DNA of 59,156 bases, the filler included. It is 3 parts of 3 records of this genome, joined end to end, with 100 filler letters (N's around TTAATTAATTAA, not from the genome) between each part and the next. Parts side by side here need not be neighbours in the genome. Positions count along the whole stretch, not along the records: positions 1 to 25,838 come from SRR31156797_3156; 2 more parts are not named here. One strand, 5' to 3'. Both the position numbers and the translations under genes were made by a program. Shown one piece after another: positions 1 through 10,431 of the stretch. Position 1 is the stretch's first letter. Every line of letters starts with the position of its first letter. The notes under the pieces were generated by a model that searched no databases, was not told the origin of the DNA, and worked only from the letters and a program-made list of their open reading frames with translations.

Positions 1-1
1 C

Positions 2-301
2 TTTGAAGGCGGCCAGATGCCTCTGGCACGTCGTCTGCCCAAGCGTGGATTCAAGAATCCCTTCCGTGAAGAGTACCAAGCTGTGAACGTTGGTCGCCTT
101 ATGGCCATGTTCGAAGGCAAGGACGAAATCACCCTGAGCGACATGTATGAACGTGGTGTTGTTGAGAACAATGCTCCGGTCAAAGTCCTCGGAACCGGTG
201 ATGTCGCGAAGGCAGTGACCATTGAAGCACATCGCTTCAGTGCGTCTGCAGCCGAGAAGATTGCCAAGGCCGGCGGTACCGCCAAGGCCATTGAAGCCTA
301 A
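2..301 (+). CDS. rplO: 50S ribosomal protein L15 (5'-truncated by window edge)
   Basis: Frame is open from base 2 (FEGGQMPLARRLPKRGF), the L15 signature; lies directly upstream of secY. Confidence 0.97.
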   Translation, partial: FEGGQMPLARRLPKRGFKNPFREEYQAVNVGRLMAMFEGKDEITLSDMYERGVVENNAPVKVLGTGDVAKAVTIEAHRFSASAAEKIAKAGGTAKAIEA

Positions 302-327
302 CTCTATACTCGAAGGGTATTGATACG

Positions 328-1638
328 ATGTCAGGAGTTGATAATATTGCCCGGTTGCCAGAGCTGCGTAACAAGCTGCTCTGGACGTTCGCACTGCTTG
401 CTGTCTACCGGATGGGCATCCATATACCTATTCCCGGCGTCGACAGTGCGGCTCTGACGGAGTTCTTCGCTCAGGCGCAGAACACCCTCTTCGGGATATT
501 CGATATGTTCTCGGGCGGTGGACTGTCCAACATGTCCATCTTCGCACTGGGCATCATGCCCTACATTTCGGCCTCAATTATTCTTCAGCTCCTGACCGTT
601 GTGTCTCCTGAGCTGAAGCGCCTCCAGAAGGAGGAAGGTGAGGCCGGAAGAAAAAAAATCACCCAGTACACAAGGTACGGGACAGTTCTCATTACCATTG
701 TGCAAGGCTTTGCCATTGCCACTGGTCTTGAGTCCATGAGCAGCCCCACGGGCGCGCCCATGGTGCTGTTTTCCGGCATCGGGTTCAAGTTGATGACCAT
801 CTTGACCTTGACCGCCGGCACCGTTTTCCTGATGTGGTTGGGTGAGCAAATGACTGAAAAGGGGATCGGAAACGGTATCTCCCTGATCATCTACGCAGGT
901 ATTATTGCGGGCCTTCCAGCTGCAGTGATCAATACCATTCAGTTGATGACCGTGGGCGAAATCACCCTGTTCATCCTTCTTTTCCTCGTGATAGTGATGG
1001 TTGCCACATTGGCTTTCATTGTTTTCATGGAAAGAGGACAGCGCAGGATTCCTATTCACTATGCCAAGCGTCAGCAAGGACGTCGCATGTTCGGTGGGCA
1101 GACCACGCATCTGCCTTTGAAAATTAACACCGCTGGTGTTATTCCCCCGATCTTTGCTTCTTCCATCCTGATGTTCCCTGCAACACTCGCTCAGTTCTCG
1201 AACAATGAGTTCTTGCAGGATTTTGCAGCCTTCATGAGTCCGACTTCCATTGTGTACAACTTGTTGTTCATTGGAATTATCATATTCTTCTGTTACTTCT
1301 ATACGGCGATCATGTTTGATCCCAAGGGTATTGCAGAGAATATTCAAAAGCAGGGTGGTTTTATCCCGGGCATTCGTCCAGGTAATCGCACTCGTGAGTA
1401 CATTGATAGAGTGCTGGCCCGCATTACGTTGTGGGGAGCCTTCTATGTATCTGCGGTCTGCGTTCTTCCCATGTTTTTGATCAGTAAGTTTAGTGTGCCG
1501 TTTTATTTCGGCGGAACTTCACTTCTGATCGTGGTCGGCGTGGCCATGGACTTTATGGGGCAAGTCGAGTCTTATCTGATCTCTCGTCAATACGAGGGGC
1601 TGATGGGCAAGGCAGGGAAATTGAAGGGCAGGCACTAG
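328..1638 (+). CDS. secY: preprotein translocase subunit SecY
   Basis: SIFALGIMPYISASII, WLGEQMT..GIGNG and GGFIPGIRPG motifs; ~10 hydrophobic segments; spc operon position. Confidence 0.99.
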   Translation: MSGVDNIARLPELRNKLLWTFALLAVYRMGIHIPIPGVDSAALTEFFAQAQNTLFGIFDMFSGGGLSNMSIFALGIMPYISASIILQLLTVVSPELKRLQKEEGEAGRKKITQYTRYGTVLITIVQGFAIATGLESMSSPTGAPMVLFSGIGFKLMTILTLTAGTVFLMWLGEQMTEKGIGNGISLIIYAGIIAGLPAAVINTIQLMTVGEITLFILLFLVIVMVATLAFIVFMERGQRRIPIHYAKRQQGRRMFGGQTTHLPLKINTAGVIPPIFASSILMFPATLAQFSNNEFLQDFAAFMSPTSIVYNLLFIGIIIFFCYFYTAIMFDPKGIAENIQKQGGFIPGIRPGNRTREYIDRVLARITLWGAFYVSAVCVLPMFLISKFSVPFYFGGTSLLIVVGVAMDFMGQVESYLISRQYEGLMGKAGKLKGRH

Positions 1639-1640
1639 CC

Positions 1641-2411
1641 TTGAAAAAGTTCAGGGGTGTCTTCCTCAAAAATGATAAAGAGATTGGCCTCATGCGTGAG
1701 GCCAATCGCATTGTTTCCACCATTCTTGATGAGTTGGCAGAGAACGTCAAACCTGGCGTTTCCACCATGCTTTTTGAGGATATTTGTCGGTCCATGTGCG
1801 ACCAATATGGCGTACGTCCGGCATTTTTAGGGTATCAAGGTTTTCCTTTTGCCCTATGTTGTTCAGTGAATGAAGAGATCGTACACGGCTTTCCTTCTAA
1901 GGAACGCATTCTGAATGAAGGTGACATTGTCAGTGTTGACATGGGTGTCGTGTATGAAGGGTTTTACGGAGATTCTGCGAGGACCTTTGCGGTTGGAGCA
2001 GTTTCTGACGAAGCGAAAAAGCTTATGGACGTAACCCGAGAGTCTCTTTATAAGGGTATTGATAAAGCCGTTCCCGGCAACAACTTGTATGATATCTCCG
2101 CGGCAATACAGTCATACGTTGAAGGGTTCGGTTTTGGTATAGTCCGTCGTTTTGTAGGACACGGGATCGGCAGTCATCTCCATGAGAAGCCTGAGATCCC
2201 CAACTTCGTACCCAAGGGCATGCCCGGCGTTCCTCTTAAAGCCGGTATGGTGCTTGCCATTGAGCCGATGGTCACGGTTGGGAGCCACGAAGTTGAAGTT
2301 CTTGAGGATAAATGGACAGCGGTGACTAAGGACAGGAAACTGTCTGCTCACTTTGAGCACACCATTGCCATTACCTCCGATGGACCGATGATATTGAGCT
2401 TGTCTGATTAG
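1641..2411 (+). CDS. map: type I methionine aminopeptidase
   Basis: CCSVNEEIVHG, VGHGIG..LHE, AIEPM and SAHFEHT motifs; TTG start. Confidence 0.97.
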   Translation: MKKFRGVFLKNDKEIGLMREANRIVSTILDELAENVKPGVSTMLFEDICRSMCDQYGVRPAFLGYQGFPFALCCSVNEEIVHGFPSKERILNEGDIVSVDMGVVYEGFYGDSARTFAVGAVSDEAKKLMDVTRESLYKGIDKAVPGNNLYDISAAIQSYVEGFGFGIVRRFVGHGIGSHLHEKPEIPNFVPKGMPGVPLKAGMVLAIEPMVTVGSHEVEVLEDKWTAVTKDRKLSAHFEHTIAITSDGPMILSLSD

Positions 2412-2540
2412 CTCCCATGGAGATGGGCAAATTTAGACTTGCTTATTGTCGTAAAACGCTGTAGAAAACACAGCTTCGTTTAAAAGGCCACCCCCGAATG
2501 GGGGCATAGGCATTATTGTATTCAGACAATGGAGATGGTC

Positions 2541-2654
2541 ATGAAAGTAAGACCTTCTGTTAAGAAAATGTGTTCCAAGTGCAAAGTAATCAGGCGCAAC
2601 GGTGTCTTGCGGGTGATCTGTGAGAACCCCCGGCATAAGCAGCGTCAAGGATAG
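2541..2654 (+). CDS. rpmJ: 50S ribosomal protein L36 (absent from the ORF track)
   Basis: Translated by hand: [44 protein letters not shown] upstream; zinc-ribbon CxxC..C..H form. Confidence 0.98.
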   Translation: MKVRPSVKKMCSKCKVIRRNGVLRVICENPRHKQRQG

Positions 2655-2666
2655 AGGGAAATAACT

Positions 2667-3038
2667 ATGGCACGTATTGCTGGTGTTGATCTGCCGAAGA
2701 ACAAGCGCATTGATGTTGCGCTGACGTACATTTACGGCATCGGCCGGACCATGGCCCTGCAGATTCTCGATACCACGAAAGTGGACTGGAAGACCAACAG
2801 TGATGACCTCACTGCTGAAGAAGTCAGCCAGATTCGTCTCGAGATTGAAAATAACTACAAAGTTGAAGGTGACCTCCGTCGTGAGATCACTACCAACATC
2901 AAACGTCTGATGGACATCGGCTGCTACCGCGGTCTGCGCCATCGTCGCGGTCTGCCCGTTCGCGGTCAGAAATCCAAGACCAACGCTCGTACTCGCAAGG
3001 GTCCCCGTCGTTCCGTTATGGGCCGCAAGAAGAAATAA
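2667..3038 (+). CDS. rpsM: 30S ribosomal protein S13
   Basis: [32 protein letters not shown]. Confidence 0.99.
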   Translation: MARIAGVDLPKNKRIDVALTYIYGIGRTMALQILDTTKVDWKTNSDDLTAEEVSQIRLEIENNYKVEGDLRREITTNIKRLMDIGCYRGLRHRRGLPVRGQKSKTNARTRKGPRRSVMGRKKK

Positions 3039-3118
3039 GTACGCGACATCGCGAAATATCGCTTTCTGTTTAAGACAGTGAGCGTTTTATAGACATTTAT
3101 TCAACGGAGATTAAGGCA

Positions 3119-3505
3119 ATGGCTAAACCCCGTCGATCTGGGAAGAAGAAAGAGAAGAAGAACATTCCCGTCGGGATTGCCCACGTCAAAGCCACGTTCA
3201 ATAACACGATCGTGACTTTTACAGACGTTAAGGGCAATGTCGTCAGTTGGGCTTCCGCAGGCGCTCATTTCAAGGGCTCCCGTAAGTCCACTCCTTTCGC
3301 GGCACAGATGGCAGCAGAATCCGCCGCCAAGCGCGCTCAGGATTCCGGTATGCGTACCGTCGGCATCTACGTCAAGGGCCCCGGCTCTGGTCGTGAGGCC
3401 GCTATGCGCGCCATCAACAACGCAGGCTTCAAGGTTACCTTCATTCGGGACATCACTCCGATTCCCCACAATGGTTGCCGTCCGCCTAAACGCCGCAGGG
3501 TCTAA
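3119..3505 (+). CDS. rpsK: 30S ribosomal protein S11
   Basis: [37 protein letters not shown]. Confidence 0.99.
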   Translation: MAKPRRSGKKKEKKNIPVGIAHVKATFNNTIVTFTDVKGNVVSWASAGAHFKGSRKSTPFAAQMAAESAAKRAQDSGMRTVGIYVKGPGSGREAAMRAINNAGFKVTFIRDITPIPHNGCRPPKRRRV

Positions 3506-3520
3506 TTAAGGAGAAGTATC

Positions 3521-4147
3521 GTGGCAAGATATACTCAAGCAAAATGCAAGCTGTGCCGTCGCGAGGGAGAAAAGCTCTTCCTCAAGGGCGATCGCTGCTA
3601 CACTGATAAGTGCGCTTACGAAAAGCGTCCATACCCACCGGGACACTCCGGCCGCATGCGTCACAAGATGAGCGATTACGCCATCCAGTTGCGTGAAAAG
3701 CAGAAGGTTCGTCGTATGTACGGCGTGCTGGAAGGCCAGTTCCGTATGTACTACCATCGTGCCGACGGCATGAAGGGCGTCACCGGTCATAACCTGTTGA
3801 TGCTCCTCGAACGTCGTCTTGACAACGTGATCTACCGTCTTGGCTATGCCAACTCGCGTGATCAAGCTCGTCAGTTGGTACGTCACGGCATCTTCAAGCT
3901 CAATGGCCGCCGCGTGAACATCCCGTCCATGCAGGTCCAGTCTGAGGACGTCATCGAAGTTCGCGAAGAAGCTCGTAAGATCCCCGTGATTAACGAAGCT
4001 CAGGAAGTCATTGCCCGCCGCGGTTGTCCTGAATGGTTGGAATCTGACGGTGCCAACTTCAAGGGCACGGTTAAGGCCATGCCGAGCCGGGAAGATATCC
4101 AGTTCCCGATCAACGAGCAGCTTATTGTCGAATTGTACTCCAAGTAA
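3521..4147 (+). CDS. rpsD: 30S ribosomal protein S4
   Basis: CKLCRREG..KGDRC zinc-binding N-terminus, LREKQKVRRMYG, LERRLDNV. Confidence 0.99.
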   Translation: MARYTQAKCKLCRREGEKLFLKGDRCYTDKCAYEKRPYPPGHSGRMRHKMSDYAIQLREKQKVRRMYGVLEGQFRMYYHRADGMKGVTGHNLLMLLERRLDNVIYRLGYANSRDQARQLVRHGIFKLNGRRVNIPSMQVQSEDVIEVREEARKIPVINEAQEVIARRGCPEWLESDGANFKGTVKAMPSREDIQFPINEQLIVELYSK

Positions 4148-4159
4148 ATAGGGGACTTC

Positions 4160-5200
4160 ATGCTTATTGAGAACGGCGACAAACTCATCAACACCCGCAA
4201 TTGGAGCGAACTGGTCAAGCCTGAGAAATTGGTGCGTGATCCCAAGTCCTCCGAGATGTACGGTAAATTCATCTGTGAACCTCTTGAGCGCGGTTATGCT
4301 ACCACTATTGGTAATGCCATGCGCCGAGTTCTTCTTTCCTCCATGCAGGGGTGTGCCATTGTGTCCGCCTCCATTGAGGGAGTACAGCATGAGTTCACCA
4401 CCGTGCCTGGTGTTCTTGAGGACATGACCGAGGTCGTGCTGAACATGAAACTTGTTCGCATGGCAATGACCACGGACGAGCCTCAGCGCTTGACACTTGA
4501 AGCTAACAAGAAGGGCCAGGTTACTGCTGGCATGATTCAGGAAAATCAAAACGTCACAGTTTTGAACAAGGATCAGCTTATTGCCACCCTGACCGAGAAC
4601 CGTAGCTTCAAGATGGAGTTGGAAGTCCGCATGGGCAAGGGCTATGTCCCTGCCGACATGCACGAAGGACTGACCGACGAAATCGGCTCCATGATCCTCG
4701 ACGCCAGTTACTCCCCAGTCAAGAAGGTCGCATACTCCGTCGAACAGGCGCGTGTCGGCCAGATGACCAACTACGACAAGCTCATTCTTGAGGTCTGGAC
4801 CGATGGTTCAGTTTCCCCCGAGGATGCCTGTGCATACAGTGCCAAGATTCTGAAAGAGCAATTGTCCGTCTTCATCAACTTCGATGAACTCTCTTCTGAG
4901 ACTCAGGAAGAAGAAGATGATTCAATTGATCTGAACCCGAACCTTTTCAAGTCCATTGATGAACTCGAACTTTCAGTTCGTGCTACCAATTGCTTGAAGG
5001 CCGCCAACATTCAGTTGGTTGGTGAACTGGTTCAGCGTACTGAACAAGCCATGTTGAAGACCAAGAACTTTGGTCGTAAATCCTTAGACGAGATTCGTCG
5101 CGTTTTGGATGCTATGAGTTTGAAGTTTGGTATGACGGTTGAGGATTTTGACAAGAAATACCAGGAATGGTTGAAGAGGAAAGAGAAAAATGAGGCATAG
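4160..5200 (+). CDS. rpoA: DNA-directed RNA polymerase subunit alpha
   Basis: [25 protein letters not shown] motif [18 protein letters not shown]. Confidence 0.99.
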   Translation: MLIENGDKLINTRNWSELVKPEKLVRDPKSSEMYGKFICEPLERGYATTIGNAMRRVLLSSMQGCAIVSASIEGVQHEFTTVPGVLEDMTEVVLNMKLVRMAMTTDEPQRLTLEANKKGQVTAGMIQENQNVTVLNKDQLIATLTENRSFKMELEVRMGKGYVPADMHEGLTDEIGSMILDASYSPVKKVAYSVEQARVGQMTNYDKLILEVWTDGSVSPEDACAYSAKILKEQLSVFINFDELSSETQEEEDDSIDLNPNLFKSIDELELSVRATNCLKAANIQLVGELVQRTEQAMLKTKNFGRKSLDEIRRVLDAMSLKFGMTVEDFDKKYQEWLKRKEKNEA

Positions 5201-5711
5201 AAAGTCAGGCCGTAAACTGAATCGGACCAATACTCATCGTGCCGCCATGTTTAAGAACATGGCCCGCGCACTGCTGACTTACGAGCAGATTCGCACTACT
5301 GAACCTAAGGCCAAAGAACTCCGTGGCATTGTTGATAAGCTTATCACTTTGGCTCTGCGTAACGACCTGCATGCACGTCGTCAGGCTTATAAGGTTCTTG
5401 GTAGCCATCAGATGGTCCAGCGTCTCTTTGATGAGATCGGCCCTCGCTTTGAAGGCGGTACGGGTGGTTACACTCGTATCATCAAGCTCTCCCAGCCCCG
5501 CAAGGGCGACTGCGCCCCCATGGTCATCATTGAGCTGACCAAGTTGGCCGCAGAAGCTCCGGCTGAGAAAGAAGAAAAGCCTGCCAAGGAAGAGAAGAAG
5601 GCCGCTCCTAAGAAGAAGGCTGCTCCTAAGAAGGCAGCTGCTAAGAAAGAAGAAAAGGTTGAAGAGAAGCCTGCTGAAGAAGCTGCTTCTGAAGAAACCG
5701 AAGATAAGTAA
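5190..5711 (+). CDS. rplQ: 50S ribosomal protein L17 with Lys/Ala/Glu-rich C-terminal extension
   Basis: [24 protein letters not shown]; overlaps the rpoA stop. Confidence 0.98.
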   Translation: MRHRKSGRKLNRTNTHRAAMFKNMARALLTYEQIRTTEPKAKELRGIVDKLITLALRNDLHARRQAYKVLGSHQMVQRLFDEIGPRFEGGTGGYTRIIKLSQPRKGDCAPMVIIELTKLAAEAPAEKEEKPAKEEKKAAPKKKAAPKKAAAKKEEKVEEKPAEEAASEETEDK

Positions 5712-5715
5712 TATT

Positions 5716-5747
5716 AAAAGGGCAGGTCAAAGACCTGCCCTTTTTTT
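5716..5747 (+). terminator. intrinsic terminator of the ribosomal operon
   Basis: AAAAGGGCAGGTC-AAA-GACCTGCCC followed by T7, directly after rplQ. Confidence 0.9.
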
Positions 5748-5789
5748 GATTACAGCTATAGAGATACTCAATGAAAAGGATAGATAAAA

Positions 5790-6677
5790 ATGGATGTGCG
5801 AAAACTTGAAGCATTTTGCAGAGTTTATGAATTGCAAAGTTTCTCCAAGGCTGGCGATGTCATGTTTTTGTCACAACCAACGATTAGTTCCCATGTAGCG
5901 AATTTGGAAGAGGAACTCGGTGTCAAACTTTTTGATAGGCTGGGTCGCAAGGTAATGTCGACTCAGGCTGGAGAAGTTCTTTATACAAGTGCGATGAAGG
6001 TTTTTGCGAATCTTGACCGGGCCAAGGCCTCAATTGAAATGTTGAGAGACAGAGTCGTGGGCGACCTTGGCATTGGGTGTAGTACAATACCTTCCTTGAC
6101 CCTTTTACCGGAATTGCTAGCCGCTTTTTCTCGAAAATACCCTGAAGTCAGTTTTTCTGTTCATACACATGACTCTTCCGAGGTCATCAAACGTGTACTT
6201 TCTGGAGAATGGCCTATCGGTATCGTCGGGCAAAAGCCGGAAGAGGCTGACCTCGTCGCACAGCATATCGCTGATGATGAGATAATGGTCGTTGCAGCGC
6301 AAGGAGCTTCATGGCTTCTTGGCAAGGAATCTGTTTCGCTTACAGAAGCCGCTTCTTTGCCATGGATTATTCGGGAGAGAGGGTCAGCTACGCGCCGTGT
6401 GTTGGAAGAGGCTCTGGAAGGTGTTGGACATTCTATTCAGGACCTGCTCATACGTTGTCAGGTTGAAGGAACCTCAGAAAGCCTTGCTCATGCTGCTCAT
6501 GGTGTCGGTATTTGCTTCACATCACGCCTTGTCGCGGAAGATATGATCTCGCGTGGAGTACTCACAGCTTTAGATATACCAGAGCTTTCAGGGACGAGAC
6601 AGTTCTACCTTATCTATCATCGCGGTCGACACATGTTTCCGGCCCTGAAAGCGTTCGTCGATTTTAATACGAAGTAA
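5790..6677 (+). CDS. LysR family transcriptional regulator (CysL-like)
   Basis: N-terminal HTH SFSKAG..MFLSQPTISSHVANLEEELGVKLFDR; RERGSATR in the effector domain. Confidence 0.93.
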   Translation: MDVRKLEAFCRVYELQSFSKAGDVMFLSQPTISSHVANLEEELGVKLFDRLGRKVMSTQAGEVLYTSAMKVFANLDRAKASIEMLRDRVVGDLGIGCSTIPSLTLLPELLAAFSRKYPEVSFSVHTHDSSEVIKRVLSGEWPIGIVGQKPEEADLVAQHIADDEIMVVAAQGASWLLGKESVSLTEAASLPWIIRERGSATRRVLEEALEGVGHSIQDLLIRCQVEGTSESLAHAAHGVGICFTSRLVAEDMISRGVLTALDIPELSGTRQFYLIYHRGRHMFPALKAFVDFNTK

Positions 6678-6685
6678 TCAATACA

Positions 6686-7510
6686 CTATGGGATGAAATG
6701 TAATTCGGGTATGTGGTTAATCAATCCATTCTTTTTGAGGTGTGAGTAGAAAAGAGTGAGACCAGCTATTTCGTCTTCGGCAAGATCGTAGACCAGACCG
6801 TCAAAGTATGAACACATTTCTTCGTCGGATAAGCAGCTTTCATTTGCTGCCAATGTGCACATTTGCTGAATGTTTTCGACACCCCAATCTTTTGCTTCAA
6901 TCAATTTGCTGACCGCGTCCACGAGCTTTTTTTCTGAAGTTTTCCAGCTTTCCCTTTGAACGATCCAAACTCCGAAAATGAAGGGCAGACCTGTGAGTTC
7001 CCGCCAAGCTTCGCCCAGATCAATTCTGTGCGGATAATCTGGGTGAAACCGAAGGTTTAATGCTTCGTCTCCAATGGCCAATATGGCATCTGGCCGTTCT
7101 CCCTTTGCAAGGGTTTCCGTCGCATTGCCTGTAGTGTATCCAGTTTCAATTTTCCAAAGTTCGTTTTGCAATACGGAGAGCAGAGCTGCTGATGTATGTG
7201 TTTGTGAGCTCACTAAAATTGTTTTCTTCTGAAGTTCTTCAACCGGGTAGCGACTCAAAAGAAGAACACTTTGGACAGGACCACGGCTTCCAATGGCAAT
7301 GTTGGGAATGAGATAGTACTTCTCCGGGTGGCGAGCATATTCAATGGAAGAGGCCGCTGAAATATCCAGTTTGCCGTCGTCCATAAGGTTGTTCAATGCC
7401 GCTGGTGGACCTGATTGTATTTCAAAGTTGTTGGCAATCAAGCCAGATTCCAACGGGTGATAGATAGGTAAGACGTTAAGGTAGCCGATTTTTCCGAGCT
7501 GAATGGACAT
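6686..7510 (-). CDS. mqnA: chorismate dehydratase MqnA (futalosine pathway)
   Basis: IGYLNVLP, GPVQSV, IGDEAL and DLGEAWRELTGLPFIFGVW motifs; ATG at 7510 overlaps the mqnC stop (TAATG). Confidence 0.88.
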   Translation of the reverse strand: MSIQLGKIGYLNVLPIYHPLESGLIANNFEIQSGPPAALNNLMDDGKLDISAASSIEYARHPEKYYLIPNIAIGSRGPVQSVLLLSRYPVEELQKKTILVSSQTHTSAALLSVLQNELWKIETGYTTGNATETLAKGERPDAILAIGDEALNLRFHPDYPHRIDLGEAWRELTGLPFIFGVWIVQRESWKTSEKKLVDAVSKLIEAKDWGVENIQQMCTLAANESCLSDEEMCSYFDGLVYDLAEDEIAGLTLFYSHLKKNGLINHIPELHFIP

Positions 7511-8580
7511 TAACAATTCTCCAGAATGGTATAATTCATGGACCGTTGCTTTGGTATGAATCCGGCAGCCATGACCAGACGATCAATTTCTTCGCGTGAA
7601 AGTCGAAATGAAATGCCAGCCGCTTTGACCACATTTTCTTCGAGCATGGTTGACCCAAAATCATTACCACCAAAAAAGAGTGCAAGCTGGGCGATTTTTG
7701 GCCCCATTGTTACCCATGAAACCTGGATGTTATCCACGTTGTCGAGCACAATGCGGGAAACTGCCAGCAGTCGTAAATATTCGATGCTTGTCAGTTTGCG
7801 GCAGTGGGGAAGTTCGGTGTGATCCGGTTGAAAGGTCCATGGGATAAACGCTGTGAAGCCACCTGTACGGTCCTGTGTCTCACGCACGGCGAAAAGATGT
7901 TGTAACCGTTGGGCCGGAGTTTCTTCGTGGCCAAACATCATGGTTGCAGTGGTTCTTAATCCTTGATTGTGCGCTTCTTCCATGACCTCAAGCCATTGGC
8001 CTGCAGGACATTTATTGGGCGCAACTTTGGATCTGACGGCATCTACAAGAATTTCGGCACCACCGCCGGGGATTGAGTCCAAACCAGCTTTGTACAAGCG
8101 GTCGACAACTTCGGCGATAGGGATACCTTCCTTTTCGCTCCAGAAGACAATTTCTGGAGGGGAAAAAGCGTGGATATGGACCGTATAATTCTTTTTAATA
8201 TATCGAAGCATCTCTTCGTACCACGTCAGTGGTAAATCCGGGTGATGACCACCCTGCATAAGAATTTGGGTGCCACCGAGATCGAGTGTCTCCTGAATTT
8301 TGTTACCGATTTCTTCATACGTCAGCACGTAGCCGCCGTCTTGGTCCGGTTCACGGTAGAACGCGCAGAACTTGCAGCAACATACGCATATATTTGAGTA
8401 ATTGATGTTGCGGTCTACGACATACGTGACAATCGGTTCAGGATGTTTCTTTAATCTAACATGATGGGCTAATCGCCCAAGATCATGAAAATTGGCATCA
8501 TCATAAAGAAGTTGAGCTTCATGAAAATCAATACGATCTCCACCCAGAACTTTTTTAAAAATATCTTCAAGCTTGTTCAT
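7510..8580 (-). CDS. mqnC: cyclic dehypoxanthinyl futalosine synthase MqnC (radical SAM)
   Basis: DRNINYSNICxxxCxFC, QILMQGG, IPGGGAEIL, FIPWTFQ, NDFGSTMLEENVV. Confidence 0.9.
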   Translation of the reverse strand: MNKLEDIFKKVLGGDRIDFHEAQLLYDDANFHDLGRLAHHVRLKKHPEPIVTYVVDRNINYSNICVCCCKFCAFYREPDQDGGYVLTYEEIGNKIQETLDLGGTQILMQGGHHPDLPLTWYEEMLRYIKKNYTVHIHAFSPPEIVFWSEKEGIPIAEVVDRLYKAGLDSIPGGGAEILVDAVRSKVAPNKCPAGQWLEVMEEAHNQGLRTTATMMFGHEETPAQRLQHLFAVRETQDRTGGFTAFIPWTFQPDHTELPHCRKLTSIEYLRLLAVSRIVLDNVDNIQVSWVTMGPKIAQLALFFGGNDFGSTMLEENVVKAAGISFRLSREEIDRLVMAAGFIPKQRSMNYTILENC

Positions 8581-8633
8581 TTTTTACTCGCTTGGATCCT
8601 ATTTAGTTAGCCTTCTCTCATCAGTCGGAGGCA

Positions 8634-9728
8634 TTAAACTTCGTTAAAAAAACCGTCGCGCTCTACAGGGGTGCACCCACATCCTTTGATCATTTCGGTC
8701 AATTCGGATCGTGTCATTCCCTGTTCGGAGGTGGCTCCAGCTTCGTGCCCGATCTTTTCCTCGACCACTGTACCGTCGAAGTCGTCAGCGCCGAATTTAA
8801 GGGCAGCCTGCGCTTGCTTTACGCCGAGCATCACCCAGTAAGCTTTGATGTGCGGGATGTTGTCGAGCATTAAACGACTGATGGCGATGGCACGTAACTC
8901 ATCCAATCCCGTCAGGGGATTTTCGATAGTCAACTGGCTGTTTTCAGTCAGGAAAGGCAATGGAATAAAACAGGTGTACCCGCCGCCACGGTCTTGGGAT
9001 TCACGTAATTGAATCAAATGGTCTATGCGATCTTCAATGGATTCGATGTGACCGAAAAGCATGGTGCAGTTTGTTTTCAACCCCAATGCGTGAGCTTCTT
9101 CGTGGACTGCCAGCCATTCTTTGGCCGTGGATTTGCGAGGGCAAATTTGTTTCCGAGTCTCGGGTGCGAATATTTCGGCACCGCCACCGGGTAACATATC
9201 CAACCCTGCGGCTTTGAGTCGAGTCAGTACTTCGTGTGTGGATATATTTTCGAGTTGTGCAAAGTGCGCGATTTCAACGGCTGTGAAACATTTGAGGACA
9301 ACCTCAGGCAGTCGTTCCTTGATGGCATTGAGAATTTCTTCAAAGTAATCCAGTTTGAGTTTGGGATGACAGCCGCCGACGATGTGAATTTCACGTGGAG
9401 TCAGTGCAGCACTGTTTATTTTTGCAATGACGTCTTCCTTGCTCAGTACGAAGCCGCCGTCCTGTCCTTCTTCTCGTTGATAGGCACAGAATACGCAGCC
9501 GTTGACACACACATTGGTGTAGTTGACGTGTTGGTTGACCACGTAGAAGGCTTTGTCGCCGTGCAGTCGTGTGCGGACCATGTGGGCGAGTGCTCCTACA
9601 GCAAGTGGTTCTGGACATTCAAAAAGTTTGATGCCGTCTTCGAAACTTAGTCGTTTGCCGAACTCGACCTTGTCCCTGATGTCGGCAAGGCCCATGTTCT
9701 CATAATAATCGCTGTTGAATAGACGCAT
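8634..9728 (-). CDS. mqnE: aminofutalosine synthase MqnE (radical SAM)
   Basis: NYTNVCVNGCVFC, EIHIVGG, FTAVEI, HIKAYWVM, DGTVVEEKIGH. Confidence 0.9.
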   Translation of the reverse strand: MRLFNSDYYENMGLADIRDKVEFGKRLSFEDGIKLFECPEPLAVGALAHMVRTRLHGDKAFYVVNQHVNYTNVCVNGCVFCAYQREEGQDGGFVLSKEDVIAKINSAALTPREIHIVGGCHPKLKLDYFEEILNAIKERLPEVVLKCFTAVEIAHFAQLENISTHEVLTRLKAAGLDMLPGGGAEIFAPETRKQICPRKSTAKEWLAVHEEAHALGLKTNCTMLFGHIESIEDRIDHLIQLRESQDRGGGYTCFIPLPFLTENSQLTIENPLTGLDELRAIAISRLMLDNIPHIKAYWVMLGVKQAQAALKFGADDFDGTVVEEKIGHEAGATSEQGMTRSELTEMIKGCGCTPVERDGFFNEV

Positions 9729-9742
9729 AATTACTCCCGTAT

Positions 9743-10393
9743 TCAGGATGGATTACCCAGTCCACGCCGAAGAAAATCTGTTATGGCGCGGGCTTTGTTT
9801 TCCGTTGTTTGTCTGTCTGTGTCGTACAGGGTTATAGGGCCGTCCAGATGGGGGACGGCGTGGGCCTGAAAAAAACGATCCATGATGGAGTCCAGATGAA
9901 AAATCACCATATCCGGGTCAAGGTCATTTCGTAGTTCGCCTGATTCCATGGCTGCAGTGACCAATGATCGGAGATATTTTGATGATCCCCGGCGTACTTC
10001 ACTGAGGAATTTGTCACGCATGGGGAAATTTTCTTGGAAGAGCATCTTCAGGTAAATTCGATAAATGTGCGGGTGTGCTTGTATGAAGTCCACACCGGCC
10101 AACAGGCTTTTTTCAATGCGTTCGAAAAAATCCTTGTCCGAGGTTGTTTCTCGGATATGCTTGAGCGGCTGTTTGAATTGATTGACTGCATGACCGAATA
10201 GGTATTCGAACAGCCCTTGCTTGTTGCCGAAGTATTTGAACAGTGAACCTTTGGCTATGCCAAGGCGTTTGACGATGCGATTGATGCTGGCCTGATGATA
10301 TCCATACTCAGCGAACTCCGAAGTAGCTTCGTTCAATACGCGTTCCTGTTTAGCGTCGGGTAGATTTTCAAACGTTTTTGAATTTTGTGTCAT
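9743..10393 (-). CDS. TetR/AcrR family transcriptional regulator
   Basis: TFENLPDAKQERVL..ASINRIVKRLGIAKGSLFKYFGNK HTH; ATG at 10393 preferred over the track's GTG at 10447, which lies inside the operator-like palindrome. Confidence 0.9.
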   Translation of the reverse strand: MTQNSKTFENLPDAKQERVLNEATSEFAEYGYHQASINRIVKRLGIAKGSLFKYFGNKQGLFEYLFGHAVNQFKQPLKHIRETTSDKDFFERIEKSLLAGVDFIQAHPHIYRIYLKMLFQENFPMRDKFLSEVRRGSSKYLRSLVTAAMESGELRNDLDPDMVIFHLDSIMDRFFQAHAVPHLDGPITLYDTDRQTTENKARAITDFLRRGLGNPS

Positions 10394-10431
10394 GTGGTTG
10401 CTCTTGATTTCACCGCGTGGTTCGACTAGTG

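Noticed and set aside
574-1347. 257-aa minus-strand ORF
   Set aside because: Antisense shadow of secY with no motifs
2433-4663. Minus-strand ORFs of 169, 122 and 385 aa
   Set aside because: Antisense to rpsM, rpsK, rpsD and rpoA; typical of highly biased codon usage
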